Assembly: GCA_963808625.1 (NCBI GenBank)
Contig: CAWEHK010000029.1
Location: 128,001-192,000, forward strand
Reading direction: 5' to 3'
Origin: an uncultured delta proteobacterium
GTDB lineage: Bacteria > Desulfobacterota > Syntrophobacteria > Syntrophobacterales > Syntrophobacteraceae
Length of the DNA stretch: 64,000 nt
Shown here: positions 10,856 to 21,758 of the stretch, piece by piece
How the letters are laid out: every line of letters begins with the position of its first letter
Numbering within the stretch: the first letter of the stretch is position 1
The notes under the pieces: generated by a model
Seen by the model: only the letters and a program-made list of their open reading frames with translations
Database searches by the model: none
What the model was told of the DNA's origin: nothing
Translations under genes and position numbers: made by a program

Positions 10856-11004
10856 GCGCTAAAAACATGCCGGGTATGACGAAAGGAAATCCGGACACTC
10901 ATTTCTGCGACGCTGTACTTAGATCTTGAAAAGAGGTTGATTGGTCCTGGCGACCGATTTGCTCGAAAGACAGAATCCTTCATCGCCCGGCAAGACAACA
11001 GAAA

Positions 11005-11076
11005 ACTTCATCATTCGAAATTCCTTGTTCGATATTCGATATTCATCTTTTCCATGCAATCTAAAGCATCTTGAGC
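11005..11076. repeat. Direct-repeat copy of 6661-6732 (F7 arm plus duplicated protease 3' end)
   Basis: acttcatcattcgaaattccttgttcgatattcgat is identical at 6661 and 11005 and continues imperfectly into ccatgcaatYtaMagcaYcttgag. Confidence 0.85.
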
Positions 11077-11130
11077 TCTGGCGGTGGGAGTGGCGGCCTT
11101 GATCACGGATATTCGTCTTTCCAATGCAAT

Positions 11131-14063
11131 TTACAGCACCTTGAGCGTGGTCAACCAGCCGGGGTCATTGACACTGGACTCATCAAGGGCACTCTGCGGG
11201 CCAAGCACCTTTACAATGCCCTGACTCCTGACTCGGTCCAGCACTTCAGCAAAGGCTTTGAAGTCGGCAGCGGTGGTGGCAAGGACCTCTTCGCGCATTC
11301 TCTGGCGATCCTCTTCAGGGTCACCCATGAGATAGCGCAGCAGGGAAACAAAGCCTTTAGCGTCAGGAAGGAGATAGGCATCGAGATGGCCGATGGCGCC
11401 GATGATCGCCTTGGTGAGCTCATTATCGCTGAGATCGCCGTTGCGGAGAAAATCAACGGACCGGTCAAAATTATCCAGCGTGCTGAGCAGATTAGGGTCC
11501 CGGTAGGAGACGAAGGTCAGGGTCCCCGAAAAACGGTCAAACATGGAAAAGGCACCATAGGCTCCTCCCTGAACACGAATTCGTTCCCACAGCCAGGAGG
11601 TGCGAAGGTAGCCGGAAATGACCTGGGCGGAGCCGTGGAAGTTGATAACCCAGGTCATAAAGGTTAGCGCCCTTCCCGACGTAATTGACCTGGGCCGGGA
11701 TGACCATGCCTTCAAAACGGGACGGATATGTGGCGACCACCATTGCCTCTCGGCCGGCGCCGAGGGCAGTCCGCCCAGGAAGGCGGCCACCTTTGATTCG
11801 GCTTGACGCCCAGCCGGCTTCATCCACGGTAACATTGAGGAGCATGTTTTCTCGTCTGACCAGAAGCCGGCGGACCTCTTCGAGGATGGCAAGCACCCCC
11901 GGCCAATCTTCCTCGACCCTGCGGGCGAGCTCGCGCAGGAACAAGAGAAAGCTCACTCCGCCCATTTGCTCGGCAGCCCAGTCGGCCTCGCTGAAATGCG
12001 ACCTCAGCCGCAGGTTGACGATCTGATGTCCGCCTGGGACCAGCTTCTCTTCCTGCCTCGCCTTTTCTTCGAGCACCATCTGGCGGAAGCGTTCGCGATT
12101 GTCCAGGCGCACCGTGAGCAGGACATCATGCAGGATCCCAAGGAGGTCCTCCACTTGCGGCAGCATGCTCTTGCCCCGCAAAAACAACCACAACGTCTGC
12201 TTCTCATCGGTCTTCGATGCCGAGGTAAAAACTTCCGGACGGATACCTCCGGTTTTTCGGCTGATTCGCTGCGTGAGGGCGACAAAATCCTCCTTCTCCG
12301 TGCCAATTTCAACGAGAGCCCGGCCAAAAAGCGGCACAAAAGGTAAGTGCTCCTGCTTGAGGCACTGGAGGTTGAACCCCACATCCAGGTAGACGATCCC
12401 GTTGGTGAAGAGGTCATGATAGAGAGTCCGGACGCCCTCTTTTTCCAGAAGCTCGAGCGGGATGGATTTATTGGTTCGATCCAGGTCGGCGATGTTTAGT
12501 GTCGGGATCGCGGCGAGGGCTTCGGGTGGGTCCGGCAGTTCCTGCAACCGTTTGAGCTCCCGGGTATTGGCGATGACTTCCTGCAGCTGAGCCGGTTGCA
12601 GGGACTCTCTGACAGCCTTCAGGCGCTCCCGTTCCGCTCCTTCTTCCTTGCTCGCGAGCTCGGGATCAGGCTCCAGAATAAGGGTGGTGCGATGACGGTT
12701 TTCGAGGAAGAAGCGAGCGATCATGTTTTCAAAGCATCGGGAGTTCGAAGCCAGGCGTGATTTCAGCGCTTCGAAGGGTGCTTCAAAAGCCAGCAGGGCC
12801 AGCGGGTCGGAGTCATACAGCCAGGTGGTCAAGGCCCGCAGCATGAGGTTGAGCCCGCGAGGGAAGCTCCCGGTATTGTTTTCACGGAGGCGAAATTCGA
12901 TGGTGTTCATCGCGGCTTCCGTGGTTTGCGGATCGATGCCCTGGGTGGCGAGGTTTTCCAGGGTTTTCAGGATGAGCTCCTCGATGCGGTCGGCATCCTC
13001 TGGCTGGATGCCTTTCAAACCGGTGGAGAAGTAGATCTGGCGCAATTCGCTCTCCAACCCGACCCCGGCGAGGTCATCGCCAAGGCCGGAGTCGATAAGT
13101 GCCTTGCGCAAGGGGGAGCCCGGCATGCCGAGCAGGATGTACTGCAGCACCTGAAGGGCAAAGTTCAGCTCGGGGTCAGTGGTTTCGGGGAGGAGCCAGT
13201 TCACGGTGAGCATGCCGCGGCGAACCGCCCGGCCCTCGCCGCTCGTCCGTATCCGCTGAGGCGTACGGGCGGATGATGCGCCGTGGGGCGGTAAGGGGCG
13301 GCTGCAAGACAACCGCTGAGTCAACGGGCAGGCGCTCGAAATCCTTGAGGTACTCATTCGCCAGCCGCAAGCGCCGCTCGGGATCGTCATTGCCGCAGAA
13401 ATAGAGGCGCGCATTGGACGGATGGTAATATTTTTGGTGAAAGGCTTGGAATTGCTCGAAGGTCAGCTCGATGATGTGCTTCGGGTTGCCTCCCGAATCC
13501 AGACCATAGGTGGTATCGGGAAACAGCGACTGCTGGGAGTATTCGGTGAGCACATTGTCGGGAGAAGAGTAGGCGCCTTTCATTTCGTTAAAAACCACGC
13601 CCTTGTAGATAAGGGTCCCTGCCGGGTCGTCCAGTTCCAGGTGCCAGCCTTCCTGCTGAAAGATGAATGGGGAAATCCGGGGGTAGAAGACCGCATCGAG
13701 ATAAACATCAATGAGATTGTAGAAGTCCTGGGCGTTCTGACTGGCTACCGGATAGCAGGTCTTGTCGGGATAGGTGAAAGCATTGAGAAAGGTCTTGAGG
13801 GAGCCCTTCAGGAGTTCGACGAAAGGTTCTTTAACCGGGTATTTACGGGAACCGCAGAGGACCGAGTGCTCCAGAATGTGCGCCACTCCGGTGGAATCCT
13901 TGGGCGGTGTTCGGAAGGTAATCCCGAAAACCTTGTTGTCGTCGTCGTTGATGAGGGACAGCAGTTCCGCGCCGGTCTTCACATGCCGAAAGAGCTGCGC
14001 CTGCGTTCTTAACTCACGAATATCCTGAGTCCGAAGCCGTTCAAAGCCCTCGATGATCGTCAT
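11131..14063 (-). CDS. Insulinase-family M16C (presequence protease PreP-like) metallopeptidase; frameshifts near 13240 and 11800
   Basis: HILEHSVLCGSRKYP (HxxEH), LNAFTYPDKT, GVVFNEMKG, RVQGGAYGA and SYRDP spread over three frames; GGAGGA RBS. Confidence 0.9.
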
Positions 14064-14335
14064 CTGTTCCTCCAATGGTTTTCCGGTGTCATCATGCCAT
14101 GGCCGCCTTGAAAGCCGGCCGGCGGCAATGAGGAGTTTGTGCATCGGAGAGTCGTTTACCACCTCCGGCGATTTTTCTCAATCCCTCAAGAAGTCCCGGC
14201 GGATTAATCGGCGTTATCCGTTATTGCTCTCCGGAACGGATCATCGTATCATTGAAGGGTCTTTGCGCGGTGGGGTGGCCTGGTACAGCCGGGTGGAAGT
14301 TTCTGGTCAGTTCGGCCACCATTCAACCGGATCGT

Positions 14336-14363
14336 GTAGGGGCGACAGGCCTGTCGCCCCTAC
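14336..14363. repeat. GTAG-type REP-like palindrome
   Basis: gtaggggcgacaggcctgtcgcccctac is a perfect palindrome. Confidence 0.75.
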
Positions 14364-14431
14364 CAGCCGAAACCAATTCGTGACTTCCTGGTGCTTGCGA
14401 GGGCTGTCGGGGGAAACAGGGGAGAGAGCCA

Positions 14432-15196
14432 ATGAAAGTAGTCTTCCTGGGTGTGGGCGAAGCCTGTGACGAAAGGCTGCCGAATACCTCCGTGTGGGTC
14501 CAAACGGAGGTGGCCGGCGAGCGAAAATCGGTGATGCTGGACTGTGGTTTTACCGTGCCCTCGCTTTACTGGCAGCAGACAAGCAACCAGGAAGACCTGG
14601 ACGCGCTCTGGATTTCCCATTATCATGGCGACCATTTTTTCGGGGTACCGGCCCTGCTCCTGAGGCTGTGGGAGATGAAACGCATCAAACCCCTGGCGAT
14701 CGTGAGCCAAACCGGTATCGACAGGATCGTAACCCAGGCCATGGAATTGGCCTACCCCGGTTTTTTCCAAAAGCTCACCTACCCGGTCGTATTTCACGAA
14801 ATCGAGCCGGGGCGGAGGGGGCGTGTCGTCGGGCTTGAGTGGAGCGTTGAACAGAGCATTCATGGGCAGCGAAACCTGGCCGTCCGCATTGAAGATGGCA
14901 AGCATGCCATTTTTTACAGTGGCGATGGACTCTTTAACCCGGAAACGCTCTCCCTGGCCCGCGCCTGCACCCTGGTGGTCCATGAGGCCTTTCGGCTGGA
15001 CCCTCTTACGCCGGGTCATGGTACGGTGCGTCAATGCCTCGATTTTGCACGGGAAGCAGGCGCCGGTATGCTGGCCCTCGTGCATGTGCAGCGGGATGAG
15101 CGAAGAGAGCGCTGTCAGGAGATTCTGAAGCTGCTCGAACGATGCGATGATCTTAACGTGATCCTTCCGGAACCCGGGGATCACGTGGAGATCTGA
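14432..15196 (+). CDS. MBL-fold metallohydrolase, RNase Z/BN-like
   Basis: FLGVG, LDCG, SHYHGDH (HxHxDH), YSGD, HEA and LVH motifs. Confidence 0.85.
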   Translation: MKVVFLGVGEACDERLPNTSVWVQTEVAGERKSVMLDCGFTVPSLYWQQTSNQEDLDALWISHYHGDHFFGVPALLLRLWEMKRIKPLAIVSQTGIDRIVTQAMELAYPGFFQKLTYPVVFHEIEPGRRGRVVGLEWSVEQSIHGQRNLAVRIEDGKHAIFYSGDGLFNPETLSLARACTLVVHEAFRLDPLTPGHGTVRQCLDFAREAGAGMLALVHVQRDERRERCQEILKLLERCDDLNVILPEPGDHVEI

Positions 15197-15235
15197 TGTT
15201 GTTGTCAGGTAAACAAATCGATCAAGGAGGAAGGC

Positions 15236-15598
15236 ATGCAGAAGCTGTTGTTTATTTTGTCGAAGGGTTTTGAGAAGGCGGGTGGTGCTACGAGGGCCAT
15301 GCAGTTTGCGGCGATCGCTGCGGAACAGGGACACCATACGGAAATTTTTCTGATCGATGACGCCATTCATTGGGCCCAGATGGGCATGGCCGAGGGAATC
15401 CGGTCCACCACCGGGGAGCACATGAAGGACATGTTGGATAAGCTGGTTGCGCAAAAATGCCTCATTCACGTGTGCAAAGCCTGCGCTGATAAGCGTCTCG
15501 TTTCACCTGAAGAATTGATTCAAGGGGCCAGGATTTCTACGGCTACCGAGCTGGTGACCATGATGGCAAGTCCCGACTACAAAGTGTTTACATTCTAG
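15236..15598 (+). CDS. DsrE-family protein
   Basis: 120 aa with IFLIDDA and VCKACA (CxxC) patterns typical of DsrE/DsrF-like proteins. Confidence 0.8.
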   Translation: MQKLLFILSKGFEKAGGATRAMQFAAIAAEQGHHTEIFLIDDAIHWAQMGMAEGIRSTTGEHMKDMLDKLVAQKCLIHVCKACADKRLVSPEELIQGARISTATELVTMMASPDYKVFTF

Positions 15599-16157
15599 TC
15601 CGATCAACGTTTATGCTATGTGCCTCCCGGCGTTGCGAGAGCTCGTCTTTTATCTTTGAAACCAATTGCTCGGGGAGCGCAGCGTCGGTTTCCAGCGTAA
15701 TATGGGCGGTTTCCTGATAAAGGCCTGCGCGTTCGGTGAGGATTTTTCGGATTTCCTCCCGTATCGGCAGCGAGGTAAAGGCGGGACGGTTTGTTTCCGT
15801 ATTGGGGTCCCCGCGCATGCGCGCATGGGTTGTTTCGGGTGAGGCTTTGAGCCAGATGACGAGGAAATGGTCTTTGAGGATCTTGCGATTATCGGCGCTC
15901 AATACCACTCCGCCACCGGTTGCGACAATAAGACCCTGCTCCCGGACAAGCTCTTTCAGGAGTTCGGATTCCGCCTTGCGAAAGGATTCCCAGCCCTGAT
16001 CCTGAACCCATTGGTCAATACTTCTGCCGGATGCGGCGACCAATCGTTCGTCCATGTCGACGTAGGAAAGGTTCAACTCCTGGGCGAGGAGCTTCCCCAC
16101 CAGGCTCTTGCCTGAGGCGCGAAAACCGATGAGCGCGATACGGGTTTTTTCTTTCAC
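15588..16157 (-). CDS. aroK: Shikimate kinase
   Basis: LIGFRASGKS P-loop, GWESFRKAE, ATGGG, RP lid and ERAGLY; GTG start. Confidence 0.9.
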   Translation of the reverse strand: MKEKTRIALIGFRASGKSLVGKLLAQELNLSYVDMDERLVAASGRSIDQWVQDQGWESFRKAESELLKELVREQGLIVATGGGVVLSADNRKILKDHFLVIWLKASPETTHARMRGDPNTETNRPAFTSLPIREEIRKILTERAGLYQETAHITLETDAALPEQLVSKIKDELSQRREAHSINVDRTRM

Positions 16158-16218
16158 AACAAGTCCCTTCCGGGATATTGTCAACTGCCTGTAATAGTTG
16201 GATTGCGAGAAAAAGCAG

Positions 16219-16978
16219 ATGAATAACAACCCAGATCCTCAGCATGCGTTGCACCCGGACCGGCTTCCCTTCGTCCCCCCGCTCGCTGCCGCCCTGTTCC
16301 GGCTGCATTTTCGTACCTGCAAGTTTACCATCGTTGGCAGGGAACATGAAGAGTTTGCTCTGCGCCATGGCGATCCGGTGTTGATAACTTGCTGGCATTT
16401 TGCTTTTCCGACGGTGGTCTATCGTTTCCGAGGCCACAGCGCTCTGGTCATGGTGAGCCGCAGCCGCGACGGGGAATGGGCGGCGCGTGTCGTTCAGAAG
16501 CTCGGATATCGGTGTTTCCGGGGTTCTCCCGGCAAGGGCGGGAGCACCGCCCTGAAGCAGTTGATTTCTCACATCAAAGGTACTCCCGGAGGCGGCTTCA
16601 TTGCCGACGGCTCCCAGGGGCCGCCGCGCATCGCCCAGACGAGGCATCCTCCTGCTCGCGCGCTATTCGGGGGCGCCTTTGATGCCGGTCAGCATGGCCG
16701 CCGATCCGTGTTGGCGCTTCCATAGTTGGGATCGCACCGTACTCGCGAAACCCTTTTCGCAAATCGTCATGGCTTTCGGGTCCCCCATGAGGATCGCGAG
16801 AGACATCTCCGCGGCTCAGCTCGAAGCCGCGCGTCTCGATCTCGAAACGCGCCTCAATCAGCTGACCGACGCGGCCGAGGAAACTATCAAAGGCCTGGCC
16901 AAGAATAGAATATCGTCTCTCACCACGGAACACACGGAACACACGGAATACACGGAGTACACGGAATACCGGAGCTGA
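16219..16978 (+). CDS. DUF374 lysophospholipid-acyltransferase-family protein; frameshift near 16640
   Basis: WH...MVSRSRDGE...RGS..KGG..ADGSQGP, then in the next frame SWDRTVLAKPFS. Confidence 0.8.
16921..16970. repeat. 9-bp tandem array (CACGGAAYA) forming the DUF374 C-terminus
   Basis: caccacggaacacacggaacacacggaatacacggagtacacggaatacc encodes TTEHTEHTEYTEYTEY. Confidence 0.85.
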
Positions 16979-17219
16979 TTCTTTCCTGCCTTACCATGGA
17001 ATATCCGGATTACCAGGGGGTTTCCGTATTTTTTCGGGTGTTTCGTGGTTTGAAAAAGGCGCATGCGGTCGCAGAAATCATACAAGTACCATTCAAACCT
17101 TGCAAACTCACCCCAGCTTTGTTATGTGCTCCATTGACTGAAGGCCGGGAATAGTTTCTGTTTACTCCAGGCTGCACCATGTATCTGATGATGATATGCG
17201 GAATTTCAGTGAGGGATTT

Positions 17220-17592
<373 letters not shown>

Positions 17593-17635
17593 AAATTCCT
17601 TCTTTCTTCTCTTTTTTACTCGGGGTCGTTTCATC

Positions 17636-18520
17636 ATGCCCAAAACCTGCGCCATCATTCCCGCTGCCGGGCGCGGCCTGCGGATGGGGGTGGCCAAGCC
17701 AAAGCAATTTCTGGAAATTGCCGGAAAGCCCATCCTCTTGCACACCCTTGAAACGCTGGCGAGGGCACGCTTCCTTTCGGGAGTGCTGGTGGCGGTCCCA
17801 GAGGATTTTTTGACCGCCACGGAAAATCTTCTCCGCGACTACTGCAGCAGCGATCCCGACCGATTTGTTTACTTGTCGAGAGAGCACCTGCCGGATGGCG
17901 GAGAAATCCTTCCGGACGGGGTTCTTGCCCATGAGTCAGCCGTGCAGCCGGGCGGAAGTCTCCGCATGTTCGTTACCGCGATTATTGGCGGGAGGGAACG
18001 TCAGGACAGCGTCTTCAATGCCCTGCAGGAGTTGCCGCCGGATTGCAGGTGGGTCCTTATTCATGACGGGGTGAGGCCCTTCGTCTCCCTCGCGCTCATC
18101 GAAAATACCTGGAAGGCTGCACAGAAGGCGGCGGCAGCCATTGCCGCTTTGCCGGCCACGGATACCCTGAAGCGCGTGCGCGATGAGGTGGTGCTGGAGA
18201 CGCTGCTGCGGGAGGAAATCTGGTGCGTTCAGACGCCGCAGGTGTTTCGCCGGGATATTATCCTGACCGCCTACCAGGAAGCGCGAAGGGTGGGCTGCTC
18301 GGGCACCGATGATGCGTTTTTTGTGGAACGCCTCGGCTTGCCGGTCGCGGTGGTGCCCGGGGAGCGGTCGAATATCAAAGTCACCACCCCGGAGGACCTC
18401 GCCTGGGGGGGGTGGTTTTTGAGCCGGGCCAGTCGGCAGGGTGCCTCCGTGCAGGCTTCTCAAGCCGATCACCTTTCCGACAGTCGAGCAGCCGATTTTG
18501 GAAGTGAACGATGCGAATAG
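17636..18520 (+). CDS. ispD: 2-C-methyl-D-erythritol 4-phosphate cytidylyltransferase
   Basis: [37 protein letters not shown] and NIKVTTPED motifs. Confidence 0.93.
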   Translation: MPKTCAIIPAAGRGLRMGVAKPKQFLEIAGKPILLHTLETLARARFLSGVLVAVPEDFLTATENLLRDYCSSDPDRFVYLSREHLPDGGEILPDGVLAHESAVQPGGSLRMFVTAIIGGRERQDSVFNALQELPPDCRWVLIHDGVRPFVSLALIENTWKAAQKAAAAIAALPATDTLKRVRDEVVLETLLREEIWCVQTPQVFRRDIILTAYQEARRVGCSGTDDAFFVERLGLPVAVVPGERSNIKVTTPEDLAWGGWFLSRASRQGASVQASQADHLSDSRAADFGSERCE

Positions 18521-19035
18521 GATTCGGGTACGACGTTCATGCCTTTGATGAAAATCGCCCCTTGATTTTGGGCGGTGTGGAGATTCCCCATACCCATGGG
18601 CTGCTTGGACATTCGGACGCGGATGTGCTCCTGCATGCGATCTCTGACGCGCTTCTGGGAGCGGCGGCACTGGGGGACATCGGGCGCCATTTCCCGGATT
18701 CCAACGCCGCGTACAAAGGCATCTCGAGCCTCATCCTGCTCCAGCGAACCGTCTTTCTGGTCAGGGAACGTGGCTTTGAAATCGAAAATATCGACTCGAC
18801 GCTGGTGCTGCAAAAGCCCCGCCTCGCCCCGCATATTCCGCGAATGGTGGAAAACATCGCCAACACCAGCAATATTTCCCCGTCATGCGTTAACGTTAAA
18901 GCGACAACCACGGAGCGACTGGGATTCACCGGGAGGGAAGAGGGGATTGCGGCTTATGCGGTGGTGCTCCTGAGGGACATGAGTGCTCACCGCAGAGACG
19001 CAGAGGTCGCAGAGAAAACAAGAAGTGGTGGTTGA
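18511..19035 (+). CDS. ispF: 2-C-methyl-D-erythritol 2,4-cyclodiphosphate synthase
   Basis: [20 protein letters not shown] and [18 protein letters not shown] motifs. Confidence 0.96.
   Translation: MRIGFGYDVHAFDENRPLILGGVEIPHTHGLLGHSDADVLLHAISDALLGAAALGDIGRHFPDSNAAYKGISSLILLQRTVFLVRERGFEIENIDSTLVLQKPRLAPHIPRMVENIANTSNISPSCVNVKATTTERLGFTGREEGIAAYAVVLLRDMSAHRRDAEVAEKTRSGG
18986..19021. repeat. 9-bp-unit repeat arm inside the ispF 3' end
   Basis: ctcaccgcagagacgcagaggtcgcagagaaaacaa, near-identical to 29381-29417. Confidence 0.8.
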
Positions 19036-19155
19036 ACTGGGCACTTGATGCTTAACGCCTGATGGTGGATACTGTAGCGGCAATCGAATGGCTGGGATCC
19101 GTCGGCGGGACTGACATCTGCAATAATCATCGAACACATGAGGAGACCCTAACTC

Positions 19156-20652
19156 ATGGGATTGCGTGTTTATAATACTCTGACCAGAGGGAAAGAGGAT
19201 TTCATCCCCCTCGATCCGGGAAAGGTCAGGTTCTATGTGTGCGGCATCACGGTGTATGATTACTGTCATATCGGTCATGCGCGATCCGCCATCGTTTTTG
19301 ACGTCATCTACCGATACCTCCTCCATCTTGGCTATGAGGTGACTTACGTCAGAAATTTCACCGACATCGACGACAAAATCATTCGTCGTGCCAACGAAGT
19401 GGGCGCCGATTATCGCACCATTGCCGATCGTTTCATTGCCGCCTTCTATGAGGATATGGATGCGCTGGATATCTTGCGCCCGACGATGGAGCCGCTGGCA
19501 ACCGACCATATCCCGACCATGATCGCGATCATCGAAAAGCTGATGGAAAAAGGGATTGCCTACCAGTCCGGCGCCGACGTCTATTTTGAAGTGGAGCGTT
19601 TCAACGGATATGGGAAATTGTCCGGGCGTTCGCTCGAAGAGATGATGGCGGGAGCGCGGGTTGAGGTCGATGTCAACAAGCGCAATCCGCTGGACTTTGT
19701 GCTCTGGAAAGGCAGCAAGCCGGGGGAACCGGTCTGGGACAGTCCCTGGGGCCCCGGACGGCCCGGGTGGCACATTGAATGTTCTGCTATGGGCCGGCGT
19801 TACCTGGGAGAGACTTTCGACATCCACGGCGGCGGCAAGGACCTCATCTTCCCGCATCATGAGAATGAGATCGCTCAGAGCGAGGCGGCTTTCGAGGTCC
19901 CCTTTGTCCGCTACTGGCTGCATAATGGCTTCGTCAACATCAACAATCAAAAAATGTCGAAATCTCTTGGGAATTTTTTGGTTATCCGGGACTTTCTCAA
20001 AGAGGTCCATCCCGAGGTGCTGCGCCTGTTCGTGCTCAGCAAGCATTATCGCAGTCCGGTGGATTTCAACGACGAAAATGTTGCCGAGGCCGAGCGGGGG
20101 GTGGAGAAGCTTTATGGGACGCTGGCCGCAGTCAAGGAACGTGCTCCCGCGACGGCAGAGACGCCGATGGCTGACGCCGCACTGCAGAAGCAGGACCCAG
20201 AGCTTTACGACCTCGTTCTGGGGCTCCCCGGAGCATTTGAAGATGCGATGAACAATGATTTCAATACGGCGCTGGCACTCGGCCATTGCTTCACGTTGCA
20301 GCGGCGTCTGCAACGGTTCCTCGACCAGTTCGGGCAGAAGAAGCTCAAGGGTGCCAATGCCATGTTGGCGCAAAGAGCAGCCGCAACGCTGCCGGAATAT
20401 GCGAAGGTCCTGGGCCTCCTCACCAGGGATCCCGAGGCCTTTTTCGAGGAACAACGGAGACTCAAAATCACCTCGACCGGTATGACCGAAGAGGAAGTGG
20501 GCCGTCTTATCGAGCTTCGCCATCAGGCAAGACTGGAAAGGAATTTTGCCGAGAGTGATCGGATCAGAGACGAGTTGGAAAAGAAGCGGGTCCTGCTTGA
20601 GGATACCCCCCACGGAACCCGCTGGCGCGTTGGCACTGCAAGTGAGTCGTGA
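19156..20652 (+). CDS. cysS: Cysteine--tRNA ligase
   Basis: YVCGITVY, HIGH, GRPGWHIEC, HGGGKDLIFPHHENE and KMSKS motifs. Confidence 0.98.
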   Translation: MGLRVYNTLTRGKEDFIPLDPGKVRFYVCGITVYDYCHIGHARSAIVFDVIYRYLLHLGYEVTYVRNFTDIDDKIIRRANEVGADYRTIADRFIAAFYEDMDALDILRPTMEPLATDHIPTMIAIIEKLMEKGIAYQSGADVYFEVERFNGYGKLSGRSLEEMMAGARVEVDVNKRNPLDFVLWKGSKPGEPVWDSPWGPGRPGWHIECSAMGRRYLGETFDIHGGGKDLIFPHHENEIAQSEAAFEVPFVRYWLHNGFVNINNQKMSKSLGNFLVIRDFLKEVHPEVLRLFVLSKHYRSPVDFNDENVAEAERGVEKLYGTLAAVKERAPATAETPMADAALQKQDPELYDLVLGLPGAFEDAMNNDFNTALALGHCFTLQRRLQRFLDQFGQKKLKGANAMLAQRAAATLPEYAKVLGLLTRDPEAFFEEQRRLKITSTGMTEEEVGRLIELRHQARLERNFAESDRIRDELEKKRVLLEDTPHGTRWRVGTASES

Positions 20653-20889
20653 CGCTTGTGGCAACCGGATGCTCGCGCGAGGAACAAGGGCTCGCTTTCC
20701 GGTCTCTTCCCCTTTTCCCAGGCCTGGCCCCAAAGCCTGCTTTTCTGCCGCCCGGGGAGGCATTTCTTTCCTTCAGCAGCCGGGCCACAGGATTCACGAT
20801 AGGGTTGAAAGTGCTGACTTCTTGAAAAAGTGCCTTAAATTACATTGCGTGGGTGTAGGATAGATCCGGTAAATCTACAGGAGGCGAAG

Positions 20890-21345
20890 ATGAACGCAAA
20901 GGATTTTGTGGAAATCAAGGAGGTCTTTATCAAGACCGACCGTATTCAAGGCAATATGGTGATCTTGAAGGAGTCCGAAGACGATTCTCAGTACTTCCTG
21001 ATGTTAGTCGGGGATGCGGAGATCACGGCAATCGCCAAGGAAAAAGGGCTTGTGGAGCCGAAGCGACCCCTGACTCATGATCTCTATCTTTCCATACTCA
21101 ATCATGCAGGGGTGGTTTTTGACCGCATCGAAATTCATGAAATGCAGGAAAATACTTATTACGCAAAAGTCTACGCCGGCATTCAGGGAAAGGAGATCAT
21201 TTTCGATAGTCGCCCCAGTGATGCGGTAGCCTTGGCGCTCCACCAGAAATGCCCCATTCTGGTCAACCGCAAACTGCTCCGCCGCGAGATGACGCCGGAA
21301 GAGATTCAGGAATATGAAATGATTGTCAGAACGGTGAAGTTTTGA
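20890..21345 (+). CDS. Bifunctional nuclease family (DUF151) protein
   Basis: RPLTHDL and DSRPSDAVALAL motifs. Confidence 0.88.
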   Translation: MNAKDFVEIKEVFIKTDRIQGNMVILKESEDDSQYFLMLVGDAEITAIAKEKGLVEPKRPLTHDLYLSILNHAGVVFDRIEIHEMQENTYYAKVYAGIQGKEIIFDSRPSDAVALALHQKCPILVNRKLLRREMTPEEIQEYEMIVRTVKF

Positions 21346-21441
21346 GCGACGGTGGGGAGCTGAGAAGAGGTTTTATCGTTGAAAAGTATTCTTATTTCGT
21401 CATGAACGGATGATCAAAGGATTATCAAAGGAGTGTATCTT

Positions 21442-21583
21442 ATGGCTAAACACAAAAAGACCGAGAGAAGTAAGGAATTGGATCGCCGCCGCCGCCGGAA
21501 AGGAAAAGAGGAAGAAGCTGCTGCGCAAGGAGGAGCAGTCGCGCATGCATCCCGCCAAACGGGCGAAAGCAACTGCGCATTAG
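21442..21583 (+). CDS. Small highly basic protein (DUF6800-like), apparent 1-nt frameshift near 21498
   Basis: AAGGAG RBS; MAKHKKTERSKELDRRRRR then, after removing one A, KEKRKKLLRKEEQSRMHPAKRAKATAH*. Confidence 0.55.
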
Positions 21584-21632
21584 ATACATTTAACTAACAC
21601 CTACATCTGAGCGATCTTGCTACCAACTTAGC

Positions 21633-21702
21633 GTCATTCCGGCGAAAGCCGGAATCCAGTAAGAAGGGCACAGACTGGATACCGGCTTGCGCCGGTATGA
21701 CG
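21633..21702. repeat. GTCATTCC-type REP-like cruciform
   Basis: gtcattccggcgaaagccggaatccagt ... actggataccggcttgcgccggtatgac; relatives at 23002, 33436, 57035 and 59894. Confidence 0.8.
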
Positions 21703-21758
21703 GGAGTAGGCCTTCTGAAAGGAATCGCTCAATTTAGATAACAGAAGGGTGAGTTTTC

